This document shows, piece after piece, positions 10,258 to 20,488 of a stretch of DNA of 64,000 bases. Under the pieces are notes generated by a model. The model saw nothing but the letters and a program-made list of their open reading frames with translations, made no database searches and was not told the DNA's origin. The number at the start of each line of letters is the position of its first letter. The first letter of the stretch is position 1. Made by a program: the position numbers and the translations under genes. Origin of the DNA: an uncultured Planctomycetia bacterium (GTDB lineage: Bacteria > Omnitrophota > Gorgyraeia > B26-G9); assembly GCA_964437495.1 (NCBI GenBank), contig CAYTGV010000007.1, forward strand, positions 17,563 through 81,562. The letters are read 5' to 3'.

Positions 10258-10953
10258 CTATCTCCTTGAAAAGCCTTGTTTAGTCACCTTAATATACTTC
10301 TCCCATCTCAGATAAACATCTTTAGTTGCTCTGACATCCCGCAGGCAATACCTCGCAATATCTGTCGTCCTCTGATCTCGAAATAAGTCACCTACCATTG
10401 CCCCGCTTATCCCATCTTCTTTGGGACTTTTAATCCCAAAAGCCTGGCTAACCATATGCAGACTAAAATGACGCCGCATGGCTCCATAACAGGTAAGCTG
10501 ATCGTATAAATCAACATGCGCCCTTGCATCATACCTATACGGCATAAGATCTTTAGTCGGCTTTATCTTAAGTGAAGCACTGCGCATCATAATATACGGA
10601 CAGTCAAATCCGCGTCCATTATAGGTGATAAACTGACTGCAATCGCTGATTTTATCCCAAAAATTCTCTAGGATCTCTTTTTCGCTGCAAACAATATATT
10701 CTCCTTTGCCTTCACGGAACTTTCCCTTTGTCCCGTCGGTACTTTGAAAAAAAACTATCCCTTCATCACTAGCTACATCAAGCATCGCTATAGCCACGAT
10801 CTTCCCGCTTACAGGCGACAATCCCAGGCCATCCTTGATTGCCTGTTTTTCTTCATCAGTTTTCGCATTCTTAAGTAATAGCTCCTGTGTTGCAGGATCA
10901 TAAGTATCAAAATCCTCGCCTACGGTTTCAATATCAAAAACAATTTTTGACAT
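10258..10953 (-). CDS. Stand-alone DEDDy 3'-5' exonuclease (PolB-exonuclease-like, RNase H fold)
   Basis: ExoI FDIET, ExoII YNGRGFD, ExoIII YCLRD. Confidence 0.88.
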   Translation of the reverse strand: MSKIVFDIETVGEDFDTYDPATQELLLKNAKTDEEKQAIKDGLGLSPVSGKIVAIAMLDVASDEGIVFFQSTDGTKGKFREGKGEYIVCSEKEILENFWDKISDCSQFITYNGRGFDCPYIMMRSASLKIKPTKDLMPYRYDARAHVDLYDQLTCYGAMRRHFSLHMVSQAFGIKSPKEDGISGAMVGDLFRDQRTTDIARYCLRDVRATKDVYLRWEKYIKVTKQGFSRR

Positions 10954-11034
10954 AATTTTTTTCCTTTTCTGTTATATTTACTTTTAGCTTTTGTCCTGCA
11001 GTCTTTGTTTTTGTCTTGTCCTAATATAGTTAGC

Positions 11035-11068
11035 CTGTCCCGCCTCTTTGTGGCGGGGACAGTTTTTT
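11035..11068. repeat. GC-rich REP-like hairpin
   Basis: CTGTCCCGCC (11035-11044)/GGCGGGGACAG (11052-11062), with T6 on the plus side. Confidence 0.6.
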
Positions 11069-11090
11069 AGCCCCCACATCGTAAAGCTTT

Positions 11091-11388
11091 TAAGGGATTA
11101 AAATGATTTTTAAACGCCTTGGATTCGGTTCATCCATAAACCGAACCTTTCAGGTTTCACAGCTTTCGCTGTAAAATCTTGATTTGCTATCCTGCAAATC
11201 AACGCATGATTTTAGATAAATTTGGCCTGAATTTACGGGCCACCCGTAAGGGTGCGATGGATGTTTGATCCCGCCGCCTTTGGGCGGGAGAGTTTTCAGA
11301 GCACCGTAAATTAAGGGCTGATTTATCGATTACGATATCTTTCTATCGGAAAAAATCATGTAAAGTATAAAATCATTTGGAACCCTTA
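11091..11388. ncRNA. About 300-nt multibranched structured element (candidate ncRNA or MITE)
   Basis: Eleven nested helices read directly from the sequence, closed by TAAGGG/CCCTTA and AAATGATTTT/AAAATCATTT; no ORF of 60 aa or more. Confidence 0.6.
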
Positions 11389-11522
11389 CTACCACGTACC
11401 TCTTCCTTTACCTTTTTTTAATTTTATCCCGGAATGGGACAAGCCCACCCCCTACAGATTGGGATATTATTCTCTCTCAACCTATTTCAGGATACCACAA
11501 CATTTTATCTATCCGCTAATCG

Positions 11523-13469
11523 CTAGACGCTATACGCTGTCTTTGCGTAGTTAAGCAAACCGCCTGCCTTAATAATCTCTTTTTGTCTTTTAGAAAGATC
11601 ATACTTCATCTTGATTTTCTGATTTTTAGTTTTATTTTCAACTATAATATTCTCACCTTTATCAAGAGAGGCTATCAGATCTGAGATCTGCAATTTATCT
11701 TCTACGTCAAAACCCTCATAATCAGAGGGATCAAAAAATACAAGAGGAAGAATTCCAAAATTCACCAGATTTGCCGCATGAATTCGTTCTAGTGATTTAG
11801 CAAGTACAGCCTTGACTCCCAGATACATTGGACACAATGCCGCATGTTCACGGCTAGATCCCTGGCCATAGCTTTCTCCGGCAATTATAAAAACAGCTTG
11901 TTTTTTTTCTTTCAAAGCCTTAGCTTTTTGGACAAAAGAAGCATCCATTCCTTCAAAAACAAATCCTGCATATTTTTCAATATTGGAACGAAACTTCAAC
12001 CTGAGTCCAGCAGGCATAATATGATCTGTTGTGATTTTATCCGCAACCTTAATAGCAATTACTCCTTTTAATTCATTATCAAGCATAGAATTCTTAGGGA
12101 GAGCACCTATGTTCGGCCCCCGGAATATATCATGTTTTTCTTTTATCTGCCGGGGATCGATAATCATTATATCGTCAATATCAAAATCATCAGGCAGATT
12201 AATTTGCGGAAAATCTTGCACATTTTTACTTAGGGAATCAACAAACTCTCCGGCAATCGCGCAAAGAGCAGCTGTCTCAGGAGAAACAAGGTAAATACCC
12301 GCAGATGCGGTTCCGCTTCTGCCTTCAAAATTCCTATTATTAGTTCGCACCGATACAGCATTAGTCGCAGGCGCCTGTCCGCAGCCAATACAAAATCCGC
12401 AGGTGCTTTCCATAATTCGTGCTCCCGCATCTATCATTGCCTTAAGAATACCGCTTTTTGCGATCATAGAAAAAACTTGTCTGGATCCCGGAGCAATAGC
12501 GAGAGATACATCGGAATGCACTTTTCTTTTTTCAAGGATCTTTCCCACAATAGTCAGGTCTCTAAGAGAAGAATTCGTACAGCTGCCAATCTCCACTTGA
12601 TCAACTTTTTTCCCAGCGATTTCTTTTACTGTTACCACATTCCCCGGAGAATGAGGTAAGGCAACCATGGGAACTATCTGCGCTAAATCAATTTTTATAA
12701 CCTGCGAATATTTTGCATTATCATCAGCTTTAAGCTCCTGCCAGTCATTTTCTCTTGCTTGTGCCTTTAAAAATCTTCTGGTAACCTCATCAGAGGGAAA
12801 GATGCTAGTAGTTACGCCGGTTTCAGCCCCCATATTTGTTATTGTAGCACGCTCTGGGACACTTAAAGTCTTAAGCCCAACGCCAGAATATTCAAGCACC
12901 TTGTTCACATTACCCTTTGTGGATAAAATTTTCAACACATGCAGGATAATATCCTTTGCCGATACCCATTTGCGCAAACTTCCGATTAACTCTATTTTTA
13001 TAACCTCAGGCGCGGTTAAATAAAAAGCCCCGCCACCCATGGCTACCGCCACATCAATACCACCGGAGCCGATCGCAATCATCCCGATACCGCCTCCTGT
13101 CGGAGTATGAGAATCACTGCCCAGAAGAGTCTTGCCAGGTGAGCCAAAGCGCTCAAGATGCACTTGATGACATATTCCATTGCCGGGCCGAGAAAAGAGT
13201 ATCCCATAACTTGCTGCAACAGTCTGTAAATATTTATGATCATCTGCGTTTTCATAACCCTGCTGCAGAGTATTATGATCCACATAACTTACTGAAATCT
13301 CGGTCTTGACTTTTTTAATCCCCATTGACTCAAACTGTAAGTAAGCCATTGTTCCTGTTGCATCTTGGGTCAATGTCTGGTCTATCCTGATCCCCACTTC
13401 TTCACCAGAAATCAATCTGCCTGCCACCAAATGCTTTCTTAAAATTTTATAAGTTAAAGTATCTGCCAT
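11523..13469 (-). CDS. acn: Aconitate hydratase (putative aconitase type)
   Basis: QDATGT, GICHQV, GSDSHT, GSCTN, CGFCIGCG, NRNFEGR, TTDHI, YGQGSSREHA. Confidence 0.93.
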   Translation of the reverse strand: MADTLTYKILRKHLVAGRLISGEEVGIRIDQTLTQDATGTMAYLQFESMGIKKVKTEISVSYVDHNTLQQGYENADDHKYLQTVAASYGILFSRPGNGICHQVHLERFGSPGKTLLGSDSHTPTGGGIGMIAIGSGGIDVAVAMGGGAFYLTAPEVIKIELIGSLRKWVSAKDIILHVLKILSTKGNVNKVLEYSGVGLKTLSVPERATITNMGAETGVTTSIFPSDEVTRRFLKAQARENDWQELKADDNAKYSQVIKIDLAQIVPMVALPHSPGNVVTVKEIAGKKVDQVEIGSCTNSSLRDLTIVGKILEKRKVHSDVSLAIAPGSRQVFSMIAKSGILKAMIDAGARIMESTCGFCIGCGQAPATNAVSVRTNNRNFEGRSGTASAGIYLVSPETAALCAIAGEFVDSLSKNVQDFPQINLPDDFDIDDIMIIDPRQIKEKHDIFRGPNIGALPKNSMLDNELKGVIAIKVADKITTDHIMPAGLRLKFRSNIEKYAGFVFEGMDASFVQKAKALKEKKQAVFIIAGESYGQGSSREHAALCPMYLGVKAVLAKSLERIHAANLVNFGILPLVFFDPSDYEGFDVEDKLQISDLIASLDKGENIIVENKTKNQKIKMKYDLSKRQKEIIKAGGLLNYAKTAYSV

Positions 13470-13668
13470 AATATTCTCCTTGAATCAATACACACTTTTT
13501 TTCCGTCAGTTAGAAGATAATCAGAAAACCCTAAAAATACATTAGATGTTTTCATGCTACAATACTATCAAGCTTTTTTATTTTTTTCTAAACCTTATAT
13601 GCGTTAGGCTATTATTTCGCAATTTGCTGTTTCTTCCCTGATTCTCATACCCTCAACTCTATTTTTAT

Positions 13669-14616
13669 CTACTCTTTACTCTCCATGCATTTATCAAAAT
13701 TATAAGTAATTACTTCCGGCCTTCCCTTATTATTCACAATAAACAAAGCCTTAATATCGTTTCTATGGCGCAAGATCAGGGCCTTTGCCCTGGACATGCC
13801 CATGACAAAAAAGGCTGTTGCAAAAACATCCGCATCAATACATGTTGGAGCAATAACTGAGACACTCAACAAGTCTCTATCTGCAAGTAAACCGCTTTTG
13901 GGATCAATAATATGTTTTTTTATATAATTACCCGAGGTTGTCACCGCCTGGTTGTTTATAGAAAACTTTTTTATTATTTTGCTCTGAGCTACCGGGTTAC
14001 GCACGCCCACCTGCCAGAGCGCTCCCTTTTTATTAACTCCATGCGCATAAATATCCCCACCAATATCGATGAGATAGTTTTCAATCTGTAATTTCCTATA
14101 GAGTTCAGTGATTTTATCAACAGCAAATCCAGTAGCAATCCCACCCAGGTCTATTTTTGCTTTTTTATTTTCAAGGTAAACGGCCTTGCTTTTTGGGTTT
14201 AAAATAATACTACCATATCCGCCTTCTTCTTGTAAAGACGTAGCCGTGACATCAAATGCCCCCTTTGTCAACTTTTCATAGTCAAGCGCTTTTTCCAATA
14301 CCTCAAGCAATATTTCGCTGATTTCCACAGGAGCAAATCCAGCGTTTTCATTAATTGCCCTTAGTTCACTATCCGGAGAATAAAAACTCAGAGCTTGTTC
14401 GTTTTTTTTAAGCAGGGAAAATGCCTCATCAATCGCCTTATACGCGCTGTTGATTTTTTTTCTTGTGGGATTAACAACAACTATCGTTATCCTTGCGGTT
14501 GTCCCCATAGCAATAACTGTCTCAGTAATAACTTTTTTGCTGGTTATATTATGCAGTGTTATTATCAGCGTAATAACCAAAAACGTTATCGTGACCAGTT
14601 TAAGAGTTGTTTTCAT
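13669..14616 (-). CDS. apbE: FAD:protein FMN transferase (ApbE)
   Basis: MGT, SEL..IN, GAFDVT, DLGGIATG, GGDI, TSGNY, HIIDP, ADVFAT; N-terminal anchor. Start ATG 14616 overlaps the mdh stop. Confidence 0.9.
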   Translation of the reverse strand: MKTTLKLVTITFLVITLIITLHNITSKKVITETVIAMGTTARITIVVVNPTRKKINSAYKAIDEAFSLLKKNEQALSFYSPDSELRAINENAGFAPVEISEILLEVLEKALDYEKLTKGAFDVTATSLQEEGGYGSIILNPKSKAVYLENKKAKIDLGGIATGFAVDKITELYRKLQIENYLIDIGGDIYAHGVNKKGALWQVGVRNPVAQSKIIKKFSINNQAVTTSGNYIKKHIIDPKSGLLADRDLLSVSVIAPTCIDADVFATAFFVMGMSRAKALILRHRNDIKALFIVNNKGRPEVITYNFDKCMESKE

Positions 14617-15530
14617 AAGAGATTGGCAGCTGCTTTCTTGACTGATTGCGCGCAATTGATAAGCTTTTCTTTATCTTCTGCACTTATTTCAAGTTCTATT
14701 ATCTCCTCTACTCCGCTTGCCCCTATTTTAACCGGCACTCCGATACAGGCATCTTCTATGGAGTATTCACCTTGACAATATACACAGGCAGGAACAATAG
14801 CCTTTTCATCTTTAATTATAGCCTTTACCATCCTGAATGCCGCAGCCGAAGGAGCATAATATGCACTTCCCTGGCCTAAATTGACAACAATCTGCGCTCC
14901 CCGCTCGGATGTAGCAAGGGACAATTTGCTGCAAACTTCCCCAGACACAATATCGCTCAACAACTTCCCTGAGACTTTTGCCATACCAGTAAGAGGGATC
15001 ATGTCTTTAGAATGCGCTCCGATAACCATAGCGTCTACACTTGTTACTGGCACATCTAAATACTCCGCAATAAGATTAGCAAATCTTGCCGAATCAAGCA
15101 CTCCACCCATACCAATTACTTGGCGGCTGGAGAACTTACTCCATTTAATCGCAAGATTAGTGAGAATATCCAGAGGGTTGGTGACCATAAGAATAATAGA
15201 ATCCGGAGCCTTGCCTATTATGGAGTTTATTACTGTTTTTATTATCAATGCGTTTTTCTGCAATAAGTCTGCTCTGGTCATACCAGGCTTGCGGGCAAGT
15301 CCGGCCGTAACAACAACTACAGCTGAATCACTAATTGCATTATAATCGCTTGTCCCTAAAATCTTGCGGTTATGACCGGTTACATATCGCGCGTCAGACA
15401 AATCAAGGCCCTTGCCTTTTGCAATTCCCTCTGCGATATCAAGTAGAACAACATCCGCAAGGTCTGCTTCTGCAATACGCTGCGCTAGAGTTCCTCCGAC
15501 ATTTCCTGCTCCAATAACACTGACTTTCAT
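14613..15530 (-). CDS. mdh: Malate dehydrogenase (LDH-like)
   Basis: GAGNVG, ARKPGMTR, VTNPLD, LDSAR; RBS AAGGAG before ATG 15530. Confidence 0.95.
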   Translation of the reverse strand: MKVSVIGAGNVGGTLAQRIAEADLADVVLLDIAEGIAKGKGLDLSDARYVTGHNRKILGTSDYNAISDSAVVVVTAGLARKPGMTRADLLQKNALIIKTVINSIIGKAPDSIILMVTNPLDILTNLAIKWSKFSSRQVIGMGGVLDSARFANLIAEYLDVPVTSVDAMVIGAHSKDMIPLTGMAKVSGKLLSDIVSGEVCSKLSLATSERGAQIVVNLGQGSAYYAPSAAAFRMVKAIIKDEKAIVPACVYCQGEYSIEDACIGVPVKIGASGVEEIIELEISAEDKEKLINCAQSVKKAAANLL

Positions 15531-15676
15531 TGATTTCTCCTTAAAGTTAAGCACTATTTTAAATTATGGCGGGGTATGTTTTATACGTAGTGAAAAGCTA
15601 AGTTTTTAATGATTTGAATTTATTGATATTCTCACTGTAGCTGCTCTGCCTGGTTTGAAGAACTAGGCTTTTTTAT

Positions 15677-16843
15677 TTACTGAATATTTTTTACCCAGTT
15701 ACTTATTCTGTCTAGTCCCTTTTCTATAAGTTCCATGCTGGTCGCAAAACTAAGCCTTATATAATTACTCTGACCAAAGCCAACTCCTGGAATTACAGCA
15801 ACCTGTGCCTCATCAAGAAGCCTACGTGCAAATTCCATAGAATCAAGCCCTGTCTTTGAGATATTAGCAAACACATAAAATGCTCCTTCAGGCTTAACAA
15901 CACTTAATCCCTTGATTGTGTTAATACGCTTTAGCATATAATCGCGACGCTTTACAAATTCTTTCTTCATTATATCGATACAATCATCTCCACCGCTCAA
16001 AGCAGCCACTGCTGCGACCTGCGCGATTGAATTCGGACATGATGTGGAATGGTCCTGCAAATTAGATATCTTTGAAATTGCTTGCTTGGGCCCGGCCAAA
16101 TACCCTATTCTCCAGCCAGTCATTGAATAAGCCTTGGAAAGACCGTTGACAGTGAATGTCAACGGGTAAATTTTATCATTAAGCGAAGCAATGGATACAT
16201 GTTCTGCTTTATCATATATAAGCTTTTCATATATCTCGTCGCTTATTATATAAATCCCATGTTTAACAGCGATATTCGCTATTTGTTCTAAATCATCTTT
16301 AGTATAAACACAACCCGTGGGATTTGAAGGCGAATTAATTATTATTGCCTTTGTTTTTTTCTTTATTGCTTTTTCGAATTGCTCAGGAGTAATTTTAAAT
16401 TTATTCTTTTCTCTTGTCTTTATATATACAGGCTTGCCCTGGGCAACATTTACCATTTGAGGATATGACACCCAGTAAGGCAGAGGAATAAGAATCTGAT
16501 CCCCTTTATCACAAATTACCTGCAAGATACTGTAAAGGGAATGTTTTGCCCCATTAGAGACAACTATCTGCGAAGGCTCATAATCCAAATTATTATCTTT
16601 TTTAAATTTATTCGCAATAGCCTGTTTTAACTGCGGGGTTCCTGTGGAAGGCGTATATTTGGTAAAGCCATCATTGATCGCAACAATAGCACTTTTCTTT
16701 ATATGCTCCGGCGTATCAAAATCAGGCTCTCCCGCGCCAAAACTAACAATATCAACACCATCTTTTTTTAACTGCTTTGCTTTACTAGTAATCGCCAGAG
16801 TAGGAGATGCACTTAGACTTTGAACACGCTGCGCTAGTTCCAT
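15677..16843 (-). CDS. aspC: Aspartate aminotransferase (class I PLP)
   Basis: GEPDFDT, NSPSNPTG, SDEIY, SKAYSMTGWRIG. Confidence 0.93.
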   Translation of the reverse strand: MELAQRVQSLSASPTLAITSKAKQLKKDGVDIVSFGAGEPDFDTPEHIKKSAIVAINDGFTKYTPSTGTPQLKQAIANKFKKDNNLDYEPSQIVVSNGAKHSLYSILQVICDKGDQILIPLPYWVSYPQMVNVAQGKPVYIKTREKNKFKITPEQFEKAIKKKTKAIIINSPSNPTGCVYTKDDLEQIANIAVKHGIYIISDEIYEKLIYDKAEHVSIASLNDKIYPLTFTVNGLSKAYSMTGWRIGYLAGPKQAISKISNLQDHSTSCPNSIAQVAAVAALSGGDDCIDIMKKEFVKRRDYMLKRINTIKGLSVVKPEGAFYVFANISKTGLDSMEFARRLLDEAQVAVIPGVGFGQSNYIRLSFATSMELIEKGLDRISNWVKNIQ

Positions 16844-16844
16844 T

Positions 16845-17441
16845 CTATTCAGCCTTATCCTGCTTTAAAAACTTTCTTAAGCCTCCCAGAAATCCTTTTT
16901 TATCATCCTGAACATCTTTTGCGACCTTAGTCTCTTTAGAAACTTTGGCTGTTTTAGTTGATTTCCCAGCCTTGCTCCCGGAATCGTTTACTTTATCTTT
17001 TTTAGCTTCTTTGTTTTCCTTCACCTCTTTTTCAGAGACGGTCTTTTTATTTTTTTTAGGCTTTTTTATTTTCGGCTCTTCTTTTTTAAGTTCAGTCATT
17101 TCAAGGATAACTAATGATGCGTTATCACCACGCCTGTTGCCCAGATGTACAATGCGAGTATATCCCCCAACACGAGTGCTATAACGCGGGCTTACTTCAC
17201 TAAACAATAATTTAACCAAATTTCTATCAGCTAAAACCTCAAAGGCCTGCCGACGAGAAGCAAGCGTATCCTTTTTTCCGAATGTTATAAGCTTTGCAAA
17301 CAATCGGCGGGATTCTTTGGCCAGGGTTTCTGTTGTTTTAATTCTTTCTTCTACAAGTAAGCTTTTCACTTGATTTCTTAAAACTGCTTTTCGATGTGCG
17401 CTTTGCCTACCTAAACGTTTAATGCTTTTTCTGTGACGCAT
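16845..17441 (-). CDS. rplQ: 50S ribosomal protein L17 with Lys/Glu-rich tail
   Basis: MRHRK, IKTT, GGYTRI, RRGD. Confidence 0.97.
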   Translation of the reverse strand: MRHRKSIKRLGRQSAHRKAVLRNQVKSLLVEERIKTTETLAKESRRLFAKLITFGKKDTLASRRQAFEVLADRNLVKLLFSEVSPRYSTRVGGYTRIVHLGNRRGDNASLVILEMTELKKEEPKIKKPKKNKKTVSEKEVKENKEAKKDKVNDSGSKAGKSTKTAKVSKETKVAKDVQDDKKGFLGGLRKFLKQDKAE

Positions 17442-17451
17442 ATTATTATCC

Positions 17452-18435
17452 TTATTTTTTTAAAAGATCATCAACCTTCATTCCAAACGATAGACCCATA
17501 GACAGCAAAATGCTGTTTATCTCCGCAAGTGATTTTTTACCAAAATTGCGGTATTTAAGCATCTCCAGTTCCGTGCGACGCACAACTTCGCCAACAGTTT
17601 TAAGGCGTGCCTCTTTAAGACAGTTCGCGCTTCTTACAGACAGATCCAGCTCGCTAACGTTCATTTTTAATTTTTCCAGAAGAGCTTGATCCACTTCTGA
17701 CTTCTCTTCTTCTATATCCTCTTCCTCAATAACACCAAACTTCATAAAGATATCCAAATGTCTCTGTGAAATATTTGCCGCATGCAACAAGGCATCTTTA
17801 GGTGCTATACTACCATTTGTCCATATTTCAAGTAACAAGCGGTCATAATCAGTGATTTGGCCAACCCGGGCATTTTCAACATTAAAATTCACTTTAGTAA
17901 CCGGAGTAAATATAGCATCGATATTAATCCTGCCTATTGTCTTAGCCTCTGCATTGGCAAGTCTCTCAGCAGTTACATAGCCTCTTCCCTTACTAACGGT
18001 AAGCTCCATGTTTAATTTGCCGTTCTTATCCAGAGTCGCAATATGCGCATCAGGATTGATAATCTCTATTGTTTCATCAACGATCAAATCAGCTGCTGTA
18101 ACTTCACTGCTTTTTCCTGATTTAAGATAAATCGTTTTCTGTGCGCTGCCCTGCACTTTTAAAACAACTTTTTTTAAATTAAGAATTATCTGCGCAACAT
18201 CTTCCACAACTCCTTCAACCGTAGAAAACTCATGCAAAGCGTTTTCTATTTTTACCGATGTGATTGCTGCTCCTTCAATAGAAGAAAGCAATACTCTTCT
18301 TAATGTATTTCCTATTGTTATCCCATAACCGCGTTCAAAAGGATCAGCCACAAATTTACCATAAGTATCGCTCAGAGTATTTTCATCACAAACTATACTC
18401 CTTGGCATCTGAAAATCTTTCCACCTTGCTCCCAT
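17452..18435 (-). CDS. rpoA: RNA polymerase alpha subunit
   Basis: PFERGYG.TIGN.LRRVLLSS; alpha-CTD LSVRSANCL, NFGKKSL. Confidence 0.98.
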   Translation of the reverse strand: MGARWKDFQMPRSIVCDENTLSDTYGKFVADPFERGYGITIGNTLRRVLLSSIEGAAITSVKIENALHEFSTVEGVVEDVAQIILNLKKVVLKVQGSAQKTIYLKSGKSSEVTAADLIVDETIEIINPDAHIATLDKNGKLNMELTVSKGRGYVTAERLANAEAKTIGRINIDAIFTPVTKVNFNVENARVGQITDYDRLLLEIWTNGSIAPKDALLHAANISQRHLDIFMKFGVIEEEDIEEEKSEVDQALLEKLKMNVSELDLSVRSANCLKEARLKTVGEVVRRTELEMLKYRNFGKKSLAEINSILLSMGLSFGMKVDDLLKK

Positions 18436-18454
18436 AAAAAATTCCTCCTTTTAA

Positions 18455-18502
18455 GGATCCCGCATATTTCAGCGGGAGTATTAAATCCCGCCCTAGCGGG
18501 AT
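18455..18502. repeat. Tandem TCCCGC/GCGGGA hairpins in the rpsD-rpoA spacer
   Basis: TCCCGC-atatttca-GCGGGA and ATCCCGC-ccta-GCGGGAT. Confidence 0.6.
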
Positions 18503-18522
18503 AAATCACTTTATTTCTTCAA

Positions 18523-19152
18523 TTATTTAGAATATAACTCTACTATCAACTGCTCCTGCACAGCAAAAGGAGTTTCTTCACGTGTTGGCAGTTTCGCTAT
18601 TTCCGCTTTAAGATCCTTACTATCAACATTCAACCAAGAAGGTATAATCCTTTCCTTAGTAACCTCAAGATTCTCTTTTATCTGCTTGGTAAGTTTTTCT
18701 TTAGTCTGGATCTTAATTTTTTCTCCTGTTACGACCAGATAAGAGGGAATATCCACCTTTTTTCCGTTGACAGTAACATGCCCGTAACGAACAATCTGCC
18801 GAGCCTGGGGAAGCGATACCGCGAACCCGGTACGCAAAATGACATTATCCAGCCTTCTTTCTAAAAGCTGAAGCAATAATTCACCTGTTACCCCTTCCAA
18901 TCTATCTGCTTCATGAAAGTAACGTCTGAACTGCCTCTCCATAACCCCATATATTCTTTTTACTTTCTGCTTTTCTCTAAGCTGCAATCCGTAATCTGAT
19001 ATCTTGCGTCTGCGGCCTTTGCCATGTTGTCCAGAAGGATAACTACGTTTGTCAAAAGCACATTTATCTGTGCTACAGCGCAGCCCTTTTAAAAACAATT
19101 TTGTTCCCTCTCGACGACAAATCCGACAGGACGGTCCAGTGTATCGTGCCAT
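18523..19152 (-). CDS. rpsD: 30S ribosomal protein S4
   Basis: MARYTGP, REKQK, LERRLDN, IVELYSK. Confidence 0.98.
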   Translation of the reverse strand: MARYTGPSCRICRREGTKLFLKGLRCSTDKCAFDKRSYPSGQHGKGRRRKISDYGLQLREKQKVKRIYGVMERQFRRYFHEADRLEGVTGELLLQLLERRLDNVILRTGFAVSLPQARQIVRYGHVTVNGKKVDIPSYLVVTGEKIKIQTKEKLTKQIKENLEVTKERIIPSWLNVDSKDLKAEIAKLPTREETPFAVQEQLIVELYSK

Positions 19153-19286
19153 TATTCCTCCAAATTATTTCTCTTTTTTTTATCTGCCACTTACTTTTTT
19201 ATTTTTTTACTTTTTAACCATAACAAAACTAGCGAGGCTCGCCATAATTATCTTATCCTGTCTGCTTGGCGGCTTTTTACTTAATT

Positions 19287-19679
19287 TTATACTCTTCTTC
19301 TCTTGGGAGGACGGCATCCATTATGCGGTACCGGAGTAACGTCCTTAATCAAAGTTATCTGAAGCCCTGCGGCCTGCAAAGCTCTTATTGCCGACTCTCT
19401 ACCTGAGCCAGGACCCTTGACAAATACCACTATTTCCTTCATCCCCGCTTCTTTGGACCTTTTCGCTGCATTTGAGGCAGCTACTTGAGCTGCAAATGGA
19501 GTAGATTTACGCGAACCTTTAAACCCGCTTGTACCTGCGCTTGACCAGGAAATCACATCGCCATTATTATCCGTGATAGTAATAATAGTGTTATTAAATG
19601 TTGCCTGGATATGAGCAATTCCCTCGCTTACATGCCGGGTTATTTTTTTGCGTGCTTTAGGTTTTTTCTGTTTCGCCAC
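19287..19679 (-). CDS. rpsK: 30S ribosomal protein S11
   Basis: [28 protein letters not shown]; GTG start after AAGGAG. Confidence 0.98.
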   Translation of the reverse strand: MAKQKKPKARKKITRHVSEGIAHIQATFNNTIITITDNNGDVISWSSAGTSGFKGSRKSTPFAAQVAASNAAKRSKEAGMKEIVVFVKGPGSGRESAIRALQAAGLQITLIKDVTPVPHNGCRPPKRRRV

Positions 19680-19765
19680 TTTTATCTCCTTCAATGATCC
19701 CGCCACACTTAGGCGAGAGACTTGATCCCGAGTATTCCCAAGGGATCTGTTTCAATATTTATATT

Positions 19766-20134
19766 TTATTTCTTTTTTCCCGAAGTGCGCCTAACCGGCC
19801 CCTTGCGAGTTCTTGAGTTAGTTTTAGTACGCTGCCCACGAACCGGTAAACCTCTTTTATGCCGTATACCGCGATAAGCCCCGATTTCCATAAGCCGCTT
19901 AATGTTTTGAGAAACCTCTCGACGCAAATCCCCTTCAACCCGGTAATCCTTTTGAATTACAGCAGTGATTCTTGAGACCTCATCTTCTGTTAAATTCTTT
20001 GCTCTAGTATCCGGATCAATACCCGCAACGCTCAATATTCTATTAGAAATAACTCTTCCTATACCATGAATATAGGTCAAAGAGATCTCAATTCTTTTTT
20101 CTTTCGGTAAATCTATTCCAAAAATTCTCGGCAC
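19766..20134 (-). CDS. rpsM: 30S ribosomal protein S13
   Basis: [26 protein letters not shown]. Confidence 0.98.
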   Translation of the reverse strand: MPRIFGIDLPKEKRIEISLTYIHGIGRVISNRILSVAGIDPDTRAKNLTEDEVSRITAVIQKDYRVEGDLRREVSQNIKRLMEIGAYRGIRHKRGLPVRGQRTKTNSRTRKGPVRRTSGKKK

Positions 20135-20143
20135 AATATCCTC

Positions 20144-20257
20144 CTATCCCTGCTTCTGTTTATGTTTGGGATTTTTACAAATCACTCTTACTACATTTTT
20201 TCTCTTTATTATTCTACAATTCTCGCACATAATGCGAACGCTTGAACGAACTTTCAT
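20144..20257 (-). CDS. rpmJ: 50S ribosomal protein L36 (Zn-binding type)
   Basis: Read by hand: [37 protein letters not shown]. Confidence 0.97.
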   Translation of the reverse strand: MKVRSSVRIMCENCRIIKRKNVVRVICKNPKHKQKQG

Positions 20258-20258
20258 T

Positions 20259-20477
20259 TTATTTACCTCTATAGATGATTCTTCCTCTCGTCAAATCATA
20301 AGGCGAGAGTTCTACGGTTACTGAGTCACCCGGTAAAATGCGGATAAAGTGCATCCGCATCTTTCCGGAAACATGCGCAAGTACCCTGTGTCCATTTTCA
20401 AGCTCAACCCGAAACATTGCATTCGGCAATGTTTCAAGAATCCTGCCTTCGACCTGTATACCTGCTTCCTTTGCCAT
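20259..20477 (-). CDS. infA: Translation initiation factor IF-1
   Basis: [28 protein letters not shown]. Confidence 0.98.
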   Translation of the reverse strand: MAKEAGIQVEGRILETLPNAMFRVELENGHRVLAHVSGKMRMHFIRILPGDSVTVELSPYDLTRGRIIYRGK

Positions 20478-20488
20478 GATACCCTTTT

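Noticed and set aside
11035-11460. tmRNA, RNase P, SRP, 6S RNA or group II intron
   Set aside because: No tRNA-like ends, no GAGGAAAGUCC, no SRP helix-8 motif, not a simple rod, and no domain V.
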